NCBI GenBank assembly: GCA_963767005.1
Contig: CAVYCN010000002.1
Coordinates: 416,001 to 480,000, forward strand
DNA: 64,000 nucleotides
DNA from: an uncultured Actinomycetes bacterium
Lineage (GTDB): Bacteria > Actinomycetota > Thermoleophilia > UBA2241
Direction: 5' to 3'
This document shows, piece by piece, positions 36,037 to 46,874 of this stretch. Position 1 is the stretch's first letter; each line of letters opens with the position of its first letter. The translations under genes were made by a program, and so were the position numbers. Below the pieces are notes generated by a model. That model saw nothing but the letters and a program-made list of their open reading frames with translations. It had not been told where the DNA came from and did not search any database.

Positions 36037-36645
36037 CTAGGGCAGGCCGAGACGGGTCACGGGCCAGTAGATGAAGAAGGCGCGGCCGATCAGATCGGAC
36101 GCCGGCACCGGCCCCCATACGCGGCTGTCGTCGCTGTCGGTGCGGTTGTCGCCCATCATGAAGTAGTGGCCGACCGGCACCGTGTACGGCCGGTTCAAGG
36201 ACCAAGGCTCCGACATCGTCGAGCCGGACACCGGCGACGCGGGCTCGGTGGGCACCGGGCGCCCGGCAAGCTTCGGGAGATAGGGTTCGTGCAATCGCAC
36301 CCCGTTCACGTAGACGGCCCCGTCACGCAACGAGATCGTATCGCCCGGACGCCCGATGAGCCGCTTGATGAAGACCACGTGGGTGTCGAGCGGATACCTG
36401 AACACGACGATGTCGCCGCGCCCGGGCGACGTGAAGTGGTACAGGAAGCGGGCCACGAGCACGCGGTCGCGGGGTTGCAGGGTGGGCACCATCGACGGCG
36501 ACGGGATGCGGTAAGGCTTGACGACGTACGCCTGCAACAAAAAGGCGACGGCGAGCGCCACCACCAGGATGATGCCGTACTCGACGAAGATCCTGCGAGG
36601 CGACGACGACCGGGTCCGCCCTTCGGCGGACGCGCTCTCGGTCAC
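36037..36645 (-). CDS. lepB: Signal peptidase I
   Basis: IPSPSMVPTL, FIKRLIG, MGDNRTDSDDSR. Confidence 0.95.
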   Translation of the reverse strand: MTESASAEGRTRSSSPRRIFVEYGIILVVALAVAFLLQAYVVKPYRIPSPSMVPTLQPRDRVLVARFLYHFTSPGRGDIVVFRYPLDTHVVFIKRLIGRPGDTISLRDGAVYVNGVRLHEPYLPKLAGRPVPTEPASPVSGSTMSEPWSLNRPYTVPVGHYFMMGDNRTDSDDSRVWGPVPASDLIGRAFFIYWPVTRLGLP

Positions 36646-36658
36646 GGCGCGCGGCGGC

Positions 36659-37003
36659 CTAGTGCTGCTTCTCGCGCACCCGGGCCTGCTTGCCGACCTT
36701 CTTGCGCAGGTAGTACAGCTTGGCCCGACGCACGTCGCCCACCATCGTGAGCTCGATCTTCTCGATCTTGGGCGAGTGCAGCGGGAACGTGCGCTCGACG
36801 CCGACGCCGAAGGACTGCTTGCGGACCGTGAACGTCTCGCGCACGCCGCTGCCCTGGCGCTTGATGACCGTGCCCTGGTAGACCTGCGTACGCTGCCGGC
36901 TGCCCTCGATGACCTTGAAGTGCACCTTGACGGTGTCGCCCGCCTTGAACTGCGGGATGTCGTCGCGCAACTGCTTGCGTTCGATGTTTTCGATGATCGT
37001 CAC
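36659..37003 (-). CDS. rplS: 50S ribosomal protein L19
   Basis: [35 protein letters not shown]. Confidence 0.97.
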   Translation of the reverse strand: MTIIENIERKQLRDDIPQFKAGDTVKVHFKVIEGSRQRTQVYQGTVIKRQGSGVRETFTVRKQSFGVGVERTFPLHSPKIEKIELTMVGDVRRAKLYYLRKKVGKQARVREKQH

Positions 37004-37077
37004 GGGAGCCTCTTTCGGAAGAAATGCGCACGGCACTTTACCAGACTCGGGGGCCCGCTGCCAAGCGCGGCCGACGG

Positions 37078-37755
37078 CTACGCTCGCCCCCGTCCTTCCC
37101 CGCCGCCCAGCCGCTCACGCCGCCAGCGCTCGACCGCTCCGTGGTCGCCCGACAGCAGCACGGCTGGCACTTCCCAACCCTGGAACTCGGGCGGACGCGT
37201 GTAGTGCGGGTATTCGAGCGCGCCGCCCAGGGCGGGCGAGAACGAGTCGCCGGCCACGCTCTCGGGGTTCGAAACGGCGCCCTCGATCTTGCGCACCACG
37301 GCATCGAGCAGGACCTGGGCCGCGAGCTCACCGCCGGCCAGCACGTACGGACCCACGGAGACACGGTCGCTCACGAGGTGGGCGACCCTTTCGTCGATCC
37401 CCTCGTACCGTCCGCAGAGCACGCACAGGTCGCCGCCGGCGAGATCGCCGGCGAGCGCGTCGTCGAGCTGCCGCCCGCGAGGCGTGAGCTCGACGACGCG
37501 GCGTGTCGTCGCGAGCCGGTCGGGAGCGCAGTCGAAGACGGCCGCCAGGGCGGTCCACACCACGTCGATGCGCAGCACCATGCCGGCGCCGCCGCCGTAG
37601 GGCGTATCGTCGACCTGGCCGTGGCCCAGTGGCGTCGTGTCGCGGTAGTTCCAGAGGTTGAGCTCGACCCCCAGGGAGCGCGCCCGCGCGACGTGGACCT
37701 GACGTTCGAACCAGGCGAAGGCGTCGGGAAACAGTGTGAAGACGTCGATGCGCAC
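37078..37755 (-). CDS. trmD: tRNA (guanine37-N1)-methyltransferase
   Basis: [44 protein letters not shown]. Confidence 0.97.
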   Translation of the reverse strand: MRIDVFTLFPDAFAWFERQVHVARARSLGVELNLWNYRDTTPLGHGQVDDTPYGGGAGMVLRIDVVWTALAAVFDCAPDRLATTRRVVELTPRGRQLDDALAGDLAGGDLCVLCGRYEGIDERVAHLVSDRVSVGPYVLAGGELAAQVLLDAVVRKIEGAVSNPESVAGDSFSPALGGALEYPHYTRPPEFQGWEVPAVLLSGDHGAVERWRRERLGGGEGRGRA

Positions 37756-38292
37756 CTACAGCAGGCCCTCCCGCACCGTGATGACGCGGTGCTCGCGGTC
37801 GACCTCGACCAGCTCGGCGACGAACGGCACCAGGGTGTGCGCGCCATCGGGCGCAACGATCTCGATGATGTCGTGGGCGGGATTCATGAGCACGTCGGCG
37901 ACGACGCCCAGCTCGACGCCGCCGGCGAGCACGCGGGCGCCAACGAGCTCGGACACCGCATAGTGGTCGACCCCTTCGTCGAGGCGCTCCCCGGTGGCCA
38001 GGACGACCGTGCCGTGCAGCTCCTGGACCGCCGCGCGCGTGTCGACACCGTCGAGCCGCACGAGCGGGCGCCGGTCGGTGCCGCCGGCCCGCGTCAGGAC
38101 GACGGCACGCGGAACGTCGGCGTCGGCGGACTCCATGAAGAAGCGCTCCCCCTCAGTCAGACAGGCGAGGCCGCCGGGGAGCAGGTCGAGGTAGAACTCG
38201 CCACTCAGGCCGTGCGCCCGGCCGACGGTGCCGCAGGCCCACAGGCCGGGAGCCATGGAAGAGTCAGCGCCGATGATCGGCTTCGCCGTCAT
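37756..38292 (-). CDS. rimM: Ribosome maturation factor RimM
   Basis: GTVGRAHGLSGE, LVGARV, LVPFV; position between khpA and trmD. Confidence 0.88.
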   Translation of the reverse strand: MTAKPIIGADSSMAPGLWACGTVGRAHGLSGEFYLDLLPGGLACLTEGERFFMESADADVPRAVVLTRAGGTDRRPLVRLDGVDTRAAVQELHGTVVLATGERLDEGVDHYAVSELVGARVLAGGVELGVVADVLMNPAHDIIEIVAPDGAHTLVPFVAELVEVDREHRVITVREGLL

Positions 38293-38328
38293 CGCTCAGG
38301 CGTGCGTACCTTCGTTGCGCGCCTAGTC
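38279..38328. repeat. Single copy of the 58-59 bp repeat family bridging the khpA stop and rimM start
   Basis: ggcttcgccgtcatcgctcaggcgtgcgtaccttcgttgcgcgcctagtc matches the first 50 nt of the 24716 unit at 41/50 positions, ungapped. Confidence 0.8.
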
Positions 38329-38583
38329 GACGATCTCGACGATGGCGCGCTTGCCGTCGCGCACGGCGCTCGCCTTGATGATGGTCCGCAGCGCGCGCGC
38401 GATGCGCCCCTGCTTGCCGATCACCTTGCCGACGTCGTCCTTGGCGACGGACAGCTCGAGCACGACGGTCGTGTCGGTCTCGGTCGCCTGCACGTGGACC
38501 TCGTCGGGCGTGTCGACAAGCGACTTGGCCAGGTACTCGAGCAGGTCCTTCAGGACCACGCCCTCTGTCGCGTCCACCGCCAT
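38323..38583 (-). CDS. khpA: KH-domain RNA-binding protein KhpA
   Basis: LKDLLEYLAKSLVD, DVGKVIGKQGR.A.ALR. Confidence 0.93.
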   Translation of the reverse strand: MAVDATEGVVLKDLLEYLAKSLVDTPDEVHVQATETDTTVVLELSVAKDDVGKVIGKQGRIARALRTIIKASAVRDGKRAIVEIVD

Positions 38584-38585
38584 CT

Positions 38586-38831
38586 CTAGGCGTCGATGCC
38601 CTTGATGGCCAGGAGCCGCTTGACGGTACGCGACGGCTGGGCGCCCTTGTGCAGCCAGTCGCTGGCCTTCTCGGCGTCGATCTCGATCAAGGAGGGGGTC
38701 TGCCGCGGGTTGTACTGACCGATGGTCTCGATAGAGCGCCCATCACGCGGCGACCGGGCGTCGGCCACCACGATGCGGTACACGGGGTTTTTGGCGCTCC
38801 CGACCCTGCTCAGCCTCATACGGACGGCCAA
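38586..38831 (-). CDS. rpsP: 30S ribosomal protein S16
   Basis: [30 protein letters not shown]; TTG start. Confidence 0.96.
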   Translation of the reverse strand: MAVRMRLSRVGSAKNPVYRIVVADARSPRDGRSIETIGQYNPRQTPSLIEIDAEKASDWLHKGAQPSRTVKRLLAIKGIDA

Positions 38832-38999
38832 CTCATCACCTCTTCCCACTGATGAACATGAGGCGCTCCCGCGCCCCGAACGTCGCCCATGATATCACAG
38901 CGGCTCGAGGCGGCGCCCGGACCCGCGCGCGCCGCTGCAGGGTCTACCTCGACGCGGCCGCCGGCGCACCGCGCGCCGGGCCCGGCTCGAAAAGCCGGC

Positions 39000-40331
<1,332 letters not shown>

Positions 40332-40391
40332 GACGCTGGCCAGTCCTCTCGCTGGGGACGACGGTGGGAGGGTACCCGCCGGCAGGCGATT

Positions 40392-40973
40392 CTACCGCGC
40401 GCCGCGGCGCCGCGGAAGGCCGCCGTCGACGGCCAGGCCGCGCCGCCCGAGGGTGAGCCGGCGCCGCGACGCCGGCAGCTCGAGCGCCCACATGCGGTGC
40501 GGCAGGCCGGCCCAGGCGAGCTCGCGCTCCGGGATCATGCCGAGACGGCGGGCCACCGCCTCGGAGCGCGGGTTGTCGACGTAGATGAGGCTCACCACGC
40601 GATGCAGGCCCAGCCGGCGAGCGTGCTCGAGGCAGGCCGCGCCGGCCTCGGTGGCGTAGCCCTGCCCCCAGTAGCCGTGGTGCAGGTGGTAGCCGAGCTC
40701 GACCACATGGGCCCCTTCGAGGTCGCGCCACACGAGCCCGGCCCCGCCGATCACCTTGCCGCTCGCCCTGAGCACTACGGCCCGCCGCCCGGTCCCGTCA
40801 CGCCCGGCCAGCCCCATCTCGTCGGCCAGCCAGCGCTGCGCCCGCTCGCGCGTGAACGGCTCCTTCTCCCACCAGAACACGGCCGGGTCGGCCAGGATCT
40901 CGGCGACGTCGTCCAGGTCGGCCGGCGCGTAGTCGCGGACCGTCAGGCGCGGCGTCTCGAGCGCGAGGGTCAC
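40392..40973 (-). CDS. GNAT N-acetyltransferase (RimJ/RimL-like)
   Basis: LETPRLTVR, ELGY, YWGQGYATEA, NPRS..VARRLGM; GTG overlaps the ftsY stop. Confidence 0.88.
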   Translation of the reverse strand: MTLALETPRLTVRDYAPADLDDVAEILADPAVFWWEKEPFTRERAQRWLADEMGLAGRDGTGRRAVVLRASGKVIGGAGLVWRDLEGAHVVELGYHLHHGYWGQGYATEAGAACLEHARRLGLHRVVSLIYVDNPRSEAVARRLGMIPERELAWAGLPHRMWALELPASRRRLTLGRRGLAVDGGLPRRRGAR

Positions 40974-41980
40974 GAGCCCCGCTGCCCGTCGTCGAGGAAC
41001 AGCGCCCGGGCGAACTCGTCGGCGTCGAAGGGGCGCAGGTCTTCGAGCCTCTCCCCCACGCCGATCAGCTTGATCGGGATGCCGAGCTCCTCGCGGATGG
41101 CGATCACGATACCGCCCTTCGCGGTGCCGTCGAGCTTGGTGAGCACGATGCCGGTGACGTCGACCGCTTCGGCGAACACCTGGGCCTGGCGCAGACCGTT
41201 CTGCCCCGTCGTCGCGTCGATCACGAGCAGGGTCTCGTGCGGCCCGCCGGGCACCTGCCGCTCGATCACGCGACGCACCTTGGCGAGCTCGTTCATGAGG
41301 TTCACCTGGGTGTGGAGACGCCCGGCGGTGTCGACGATCACGACGTCGGCGCCACGCGAGCGGGCGGCCGCGACGCCGTCGTACACGACCGCGGCCGGGT
41401 CGCTGCCGGCCGCCTGACGGACGATCTCGCAGCCCACCCGCGAAGCCCACTCGGAGAGCTGCTCCACGGCCGCGGCCCTGAACGTGTCGGCGGCCACCAT
41501 CAACGGCCGCTTGCCGAGCTCGTCGAGGCGAAAGGCGAGCTTGCCGATCGTCGTTGTCTTGCCGGTGCCGTTCACGCCGACCAGGAGAAGGACCGCGGGC
41601 GCACCGCTCACGTCGATCAGACGTCGCTCGGGATCGTCGGGCTGCAGCATCGCGGCGACGATGGCGGCGAGGCGCTCGAGCAGGTCCTCGCGGGTCGTCA
41701 GGCGCTGCTCGGCGGCGTCGGCCTCGAGCTGCTCGACGATGCGCACCGTGGCCTCGATGCCGACGTCGGCGAAGATGAGCGCCTCCTCGACCTGCTCCCA
41801 CAACTCGTCGGTGATGCCCTCGAACATGATGGAGCGGACGTGGTCGCGCAGGGCACCGCCAGCCTTGCCGATGTTGTCCCGCAGCCGGCCGAACAGGCCG
41901 CGCCGCTCCTCTGCCTCGTGCTCGACGGCCGCCGGCGGCAGCTCGGTCGAGAGGCCCTTGAACGCCTCGTGCCAGTCCAC
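40970..41980 (-). CDS. ftsY: SRP receptor FtsY
   Basis: GVNGTGKTTTIGKL, DTFRAAA, DTAGRL, DATTGQN, TKLDGTAKGG. Confidence 0.96.
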   Translation of the reverse strand: MDWHEAFKGLSTELPPAAVEHEAEERRGLFGRLRDNIGKAGGALRDHVRSIMFEGITDELWEQVEEALIFADVGIEATVRIVEQLEADAAEQRLTTREDLLERLAAIVAAMLQPDDPERRLIDVSGAPAVLLLVGVNGTGKTTTIGKLAFRLDELGKRPLMVAADTFRAAAVEQLSEWASRVGCEIVRQAAGSDPAAVVYDGVAAARSRGADVVIVDTAGRLHTQVNLMNELAKVRRVIERQVPGGPHETLLVIDATTGQNGLRQAQVFAEAVDVTGIVLTKLDGTAKGGIVIAIREELGIPIKLIGVGERLEDLRPFDADEFARALFLDDGQRGS

Positions 41981-41985
41981 CCTCG

Positions 41986-44900
41986 TCAGATCCTTTGCGT
42001 CTCTTGGTCGATCTCTTCTTCGGCCATGCGGGCGCTCACGACGTGCGAGGTGCCGTCGGCCCCCATGGTCACGCCGTACAGCAGGTCGGCCGCCTCCATG
42101 GTGCGCTTCTGGTGCGTGATGATGAGGAACTGCGTGCGCGTCCGGTACTCGCGCACGAGCGACACGAACAGCCCGATGTTGATGTCGTCGAGGGCCGCTT
42201 CGACCTCGTCCAGGATGTAGAAGGGGCACGTCCGCGAGAGCAGCAGCGCGAGCAGAAAGGCCAGGGCCACGAGCGACCGCTCGCCGCCCGACAGCAGGGC
42301 CAGCTTGCGGCCGAGCTTGCGCGCCGGCTTGACCTCGATCGCCACGCCGGGCGGCTCGTCGTCCTCGCCGGGGACGGTCGTGAGGCGCCCGCGACCGCCG
42401 GGGAACAGGATCTCGACCATGTGGGCGAAGTTGTCCTGGACCACGGCGAACGTCTCGTCGAAGTCGACCTCGATGCGCCGGGTGAGCTCGACGATCAGCG
42501 TCTCGGTCTCGTCGAGCGAGCGCTCGAGGTCGCGGCGCTGCTCGCGCAGGAACTCGACGTGCTCCGTGAGGCGGGCGCACTCGGCCTCGGCCAGTGGGTT
42601 CACCGGACCGACGCCCTCGCGGCGGCGCTCAAGCCGGTCGAGCCGGCCCCGCAGGGCGATCGCGTCGTCGTCGCTTGCCGGCGGTTCGAAGGAGCTGATC
42701 TCGAGGATCGACGCGATCTCCTCGAAACGGGTCGCGACCTCGAGGCGACGCTCCTCGAGGCGCGCCACCGCGACCTGGGCGGTCGCACGCGCGTCGCCGA
42801 GACCGTCGATCTCGTGGCGCAGCGCCACCTCCTCTTCGGCCAGGCGACGGGCGTCGCCGCGCTCGCGCACGCGGCCCTCAGCCTCACGAGCCTCGTCGGC
42901 GAGGCGCGCGATGAGAGGCTCGATACCGGCCTGCAGGCCGGCCAGCGCCACCGCCACCTCGTCGCAGGCCGCGGCGGCGGCCGGCACGCTCGAGAGGCGC
43001 CGCTCGACCTCGACCAGGCGCGCCCTGGCCGCGGCCGCGCGGCGCCGCGCGTGGTCGCGCTCGTCGGACGCGCGCTGCGCCCGGGCGCGCCGCTCGTCGA
43101 GCTCGATGCGGGCGTGGGTCAGAGCCGCGAGCGCCTCGTGGTGGGCTGCTTCGCGCTCTGCGGCGGCGGCCTCGGCCGCGGCGAGCGTGTTCTGGGCGGT
43201 CGTCCGCCGCTCATCGAGCTCGGCAGACCGCTCCGCCAGTCGCGCCAGCTCGGCGGCGAGGTCGTCCGACTCGCCGGCGGCCGCGGCGGCGGCCTCGCGC
43301 AGCCGCGCGGTGCGCTCGACCGCCATGCGGCGCTCGGCGGCGACGGCGGCCTCGCGGCGGCGGGCCGCGTCGAGGGCCGTGCCGGCGTCGTCGAGCACAG
43401 CCGCGGCGGCGGTGCGCGCCGCCGCCGCGGCGGCGGCGTCGGCCGCCGCGCTCGCCGCGCCGGCGTCGGTGGTCGCCCGCTGCTCGACGAGCGCGTCGCG
43501 CCGCTGCGTGAGAGCCACCGATCGGGCGCGGCGCTCCACCATGAGGGCGCTCGGCAGCCCCGCGGCGAGGCCGAGCTGGCCGGTCGCGGGCCGGTAGTAG
43601 GCGCCGTCTCGCGTCACCGCGAGTCCCGAGAAGGCGTCGGGCACGGCGGCGAGATCGTCGACCACCACGACGTCGGCGACGAGACCGCCCACGGCCTCGT
43701 CATCGCCGCTCACCACCTCGGCCAGGGGCCGCCCCCCGGGCAGTCCGGCCGGCGCCGCCATCCGGGCGCGCGGTACGAGCAGACGGGCGAGGCGCACGCC
43801 GGCCGCGCGCAGAGCCTCGAGCAGCGGCCACTGGTCCGCGCGCCGGGGCACGGCCAGCGTACCGGGATGCTGCGCCAGGGCCGCGCCGAGCGCGAGCTCG
43901 TAGCCGGGCTCGCAGCGGAGCGCCGCCGCGAGCTCGACCACGCCGGCGTAGCGCTCGGCCACGCCGAGCACCGCGCCGTCGACCTCGCGCAGCTCCGCAA
44001 GCGACGCCTCGGCGTGGTCGAGCTCGGCGGTCACGCCGGCCAGCTCGCCGGCCAGACTCCGTTGCGCGTCGCCGGCGCGCGCGGCCGCGTCCTGCGCCGC
44101 GTCGGCTGCCGCGACCGCCCCCTCGAGCGCCGCCTCGGCCATGGCCAGCGCCGCGGCGGCCGCCTCGCGCGCCGCGCTCGCGTCGCGCTCGCCCGCGGCG
44201 AGGTGGGCGACGGTCTCGTCGCCGGCGCGCGCCTCGGCCTCGAGACGCGTGCGCTCCGCGAGCGTCGTCGCACGGCGCTGCTCGGCGAGCGCGCGTCGGG
44301 CCGTTGTCGTGTCGCGCTCGACGTCGAGCGTCGCCGCCGCCGTGCGCGCTGCGGCGAGCGCCTGACGCGCCGCCGCCAGCGCCGCCGCACTCCCGGCCTG
44401 CGCCGCCTGCGCGGCCTCGAGGGCGCGCTCGTACTCGGCAAGCGCCGTGTCGACCGGCTCCGACTCGGCGCCGGCCTCGGTGGCGGCCAGCTCGGCCACC
44501 AGGCTCGCGCGTTCGTCGTCGGCGCTGCGACGCAGCTCGCCGAGGAGCGTCCCGCGCTGCTCGATCAGGCTGCGGCACCCGGCCAGTCGATCACCCAGGT
44601 AGCGCGCGCGCAGCGCCCGGCCGGCGCGACGCTCGCGCTCGCGAGCGTCGCGCGCGAGCGACTCCTCTTCGGCCAGTCGCGCTCGCTCGGCGGCCGCCAG
44701 GCGCTCGTCGATCGACGCCCTGCGGGCGGCGACCGTGGCGACCGCCTCGCGCTCCTCGGCCAGGCCCGCGTCGAGCGCCTCAAGCTCGCCGGCGAGCAGC
44801 CGGCCGCGGAGCTCGGCCATCTCGTGCTCGATCGCGCGCAAGGTCTCGGCTGCGCTCGCCTGCCGGCGCAGCGGCGCGAGCTGCAGGCCGGCCTCGCGTT

Positions 44901-45483
44901 CGAGGTCCCGGGCGCGCTCGAGGTTGCGGCGCACCTCACGGAGCTTGATCTCGGCACGCTCGCGGCGGCGCTTGTAGCGGCCCAGCCCGGCTGCCTCCTC
45001 GACCAGGGCGCGGCGCTCCTGGGGCTTGGCCGCGAGCAGGGTCTCGACCTTCCCCTGGCCGATGATCGAGTGCATCTCTCGACCCAGACCGAGCTCGGCC
45101 GTAAGCTCGATGACGTCGGTGAGGCGACAGCCGGCCCGGTTGATCGTGTACGTCGTCTCGCCGCCGCGCACGACGCGGCGGCCGATGCTGACCTCGGGAG
45201 TGGGCACCGACAGGGCGCCGTCGGCGTTGTCGAACGTCAGCTCGACCTCGGCGACGGCCGCCGGGCGCCGGCCGTCGCTGCCGGCGAAGATCACGTCCTG
45301 CATGGAGGTGCCGCGGATGCTCGTCGGGCTCTGCTCGCCGAGCACCCACATGACCGCGTCGGCGATGTTGCTCTTGCCGCTGCCGTTCGGCCCGATCACC
45401 ACGGCCACGCCCGGCTCGAAGACCAGCTCGGTCTGCCGCGAGAACGACTTGAAGCCCTTCATGCGCAGCGAGCGCAGGTACAC
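41986..45483 (-). CDS. smc: Chromosome segregation ATPase SMC
   Basis: GFKSF, GPNGSGKSN, coiled coils, LSGGE, LDEVEAALD. Confidence 0.95.
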   Translation of the reverse strand: MYLRSLRMKGFKSFSRQTELVFEPGVAVVIGPNGSGKSNIADAVMWVLGEQSPTSIRGTSMQDVIFAGSDGRRPAAVAEVELTFDNADGALSVPTPEVSIGRRVVRGGETTYTINRAGCRLTDVIELTAELGLGREMHSIIGQGKVETLLAAKPQERRALVEEAAGLGRYKRRRERAEIKLREVRRNLERARDLEREAGLQLAPLRRQASAAETLRAIEHEMAELRGRLLAGELEALDAGLAEEREAVATVAARRASIDERLAAAERARLAEEESLARDARERERRAGRALRARYLGDRLAGCRSLIEQRGTLLGELRRSADDERASLVAELAATEAGAESEPVDTALAEYERALEAAQAAQAGSAAALAAARQALAAARTAAATLDVERDTTTARRALAEQRRATTLAERTRLEAEARAGDETVAHLAAGERDASAAREAAAAALAMAEAALEGAVAAADAAQDAAARAGDAQRSLAGELAGVTAELDHAEASLAELREVDGAVLGVAERYAGVVELAAALRCEPGYELALGAALAQHPGTLAVPRRADQWPLLEALRAAGVRLARLLVPRARMAAPAGLPGGRPLAEVVSGDDEAVGGLVADVVVVDDLAAVPDAFSGLAVTRDGAYYRPATGQLGLAAGLPSALMVERRARSVALTQRRDALVEQRATTDAGAASAAADAAAAAAARTAAAAVLDDAGTALDAARRREAAVAAERRMAVERTARLREAAAAAAGESDDLAAELARLAERSAELDERRTTAQNTLAAAEAAAAEREAAHHEALAALTHARIELDERRARAQRASDERDHARRRAAAARARLVEVERRLSSVPAAAAACDEVAVALAGLQAGIEPLIARLADEAREAEGRVRERGDARRLAEEEVALRHEIDGLGDARATAQVAVARLEERRLEVATRFEEIASILEISSFEPPASDDDAIALRGRLDRLERRREGVGPVNPLAEAECARLTEHVEFLREQRRDLERSLDETETLIVELTRRIEVDFDETFAVVQDNFAHMVEILFPGGRGRLTTVPGEDDEPPGVAIEVKPARKLGRKLALLSGGERSLVALAFLLALLLSRTCPFYILDEVEAALDDINIGLFVSLVREYRTRTQFLIITHQKRTMEAADLLYGVTMGADGTSHVVSARMAEEEIDQETQRI

Positions 45484-45489
45484 CCTCGG

Positions 45490-46431
45490 TTACACCCCGC
45501 CGTCCGCCGCGGGACCGTCGCCCGCCGGAGCGTCGGCGCCCTCGCCGGTCGCGCGCGGCGCCGGAGCGTCGGCGCTCTCGCCGGCTGTCCGCGATGCCCT
45601 GGCGTCGCCGCCCTCGCCGGTCGCGGGCGTCGCGGCGGAGCCGCCGCCCTCGCTCGTCTCGCCCTCGACCACCCCGACGACGCCCGAACCGCCGTCGGCG
45701 GCCGCCTCGGGCACGCTCCGGCGCCGGCCCCGCAGCCGTACACGGCGACGCTTGGGCCGGTCGTCGCGGTTGAGCTCGCGTAGCGCCTCGGCCGCGGCAT
45801 CCTGCTCGGCGCGCTTCTTGCTGGCGCCGACGCCGCGACCGACGGCCTGGCCGTCGACCACCGCGTCGAGCACGAACTGGCGCGCATGCGGCGGGCCGAT
45901 GGTCTCGACCAGCCGGTACGACACCGCTCGTCCCGTCTTGGCGAGCTGCTCCTGCAACTCCGTCTTGAAGTCGACGTAGCTGCGCTCGGCGAACGAGATG
46001 TGCTCGGCGAAGGCCTCGATCACGGCGGGTCGCACCACGTCGAAGCCATACGTCAGGTAGATGGCGCCGATCAGAGACTCGGTCATGTCGGCGAGGATGT
46101 TCTCGTTGCCGACGAGCTGGTCGAGCTCGTCCGGGTCGTGCCCCGACCCGAAGCGTCGCACGAACGACGGCAGCCCGAGGCGTCCGGCGACCTTGCAACA
46201 GGTGGCCCGACTCACGACATAGGCGCGCAGCCGGGCGAGGCTGCCCTCGGAGTGTTCCGGGAAGCGGCGGTAGAGCTCGGTCGTCACCGCCAGGCTGAGT
46301 ACGCTGTCGCCCAGGAACTCGAGGCGCTCGTAGGAGCGTCCCCGTTCGGCGACCCAGGACGAGTGCGTGAAGACCTGGCGCAACAGCCCGTCGTCGAGCT
46401 GCTCCGCCAGAGCCAGCAGACGCCACATCAT
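45490..46431 (-). CDS. rnc: Ribonuclease III with C-terminal extension
   Basis: YERLEFLGDSVL, LADMTESLIGAIY, dsRBD (DFKTELQE...GPPH...SKKRAEQDAA). Confidence 0.95.
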   Translation of the reverse strand: MMWRLLALAEQLDDGLLRQVFTHSSWVAERGRSYERLEFLGDSVLSLAVTTELYRRFPEHSEGSLARLRAYVVSRATCCKVAGRLGLPSFVRRFGSGHDPDELDQLVGNENILADMTESLIGAIYLTYGFDVVRPAVIEAFAEHISFAERSYVDFKTELQEQLAKTGRAVSYRLVETIGPPHARQFVLDAVVDGQAVGRGVGASKKRAEQDAAAEALRELNRDDRPKRRRVRLRGRRRSVPEAAADGGSGVVGVVEGETSEGGGSAATPATGEGGDARASRTAGESADAPAPRATGEGADAPAGDGPAADGGV

Positions 46432-46535
46432 GTGTCTGTCGTTCCCCTTATGGAAGAGGGGCCGGCTCCACGACGATGCGAAGGGAGGCGGCCCCGTTGC
46501 TGCCCGCGGTGGACGACCCGCAGCCTGTCACGTAC

Positions 46536-46778
46536 CTAGCTCAGGCGCCCCATCACGAAGTCGACGGCGTCGCCGACCGTCTTGATGCCGGCCGCCTCTT
46601 CGTCGGTGATCTTCATGCCGAACTTGTCTTCCATGGTCATGACCAGCTCCACGAGGTCCAGCGAGTCGGTCTCGAGATCCTCCTGGAACCGCGCGTCGAG
46701 CGTGACCTTGTCTTCGTCGACGCTCAGCGTCTCAACGAGGATCGACTTGACCTGCTCGAAGACTTCTTCCCTCGTCAT
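46536..46778 (-). CDS. acpP: Acyl carrier protein
   Basis: [22 protein letters not shown]. Confidence 0.96.
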   Translation of the reverse strand: MTREEVFEQVKSILVETLSVDEDKVTLDARFQEDLETDSLDLVELVMTMEDKFGMKITDEEAAGIKTVGDAVDFVMGRLS

Positions 46779-46874
46779 GCAGTGACCTCCGGCCGCGGAT
46801 TTGAAGGCGAGTCTACCAGAACCCCAAAGGCGTGCAACACAGCCCGGATCGACGATCGACCGCATCTGGGCTGC

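Noticed and set aside
37753-37758. rimM-trmD in-frame stop/start junction as read-through fusion
   Set aside because: Abutting rimM-trmD is the normal conserved arrangement.
43400-43431. 13-bp inverted repeat in smc, and similar ones in the plsX tail, rfbG and dprA
   Set aside because: All-GC stems in poly-Ala/Arg codons (GCC/GCG/CGC) arise readily by chance.
41995-45783. Very long plus-strand ORFs (1262 aa here; also 2824-4797, 38889-41417, 51081-54011, 57089-59680)
   Set aside because: Antisense shadows of real minus-strand genes, expected from high-GC codon bias; no recognisable motifs.
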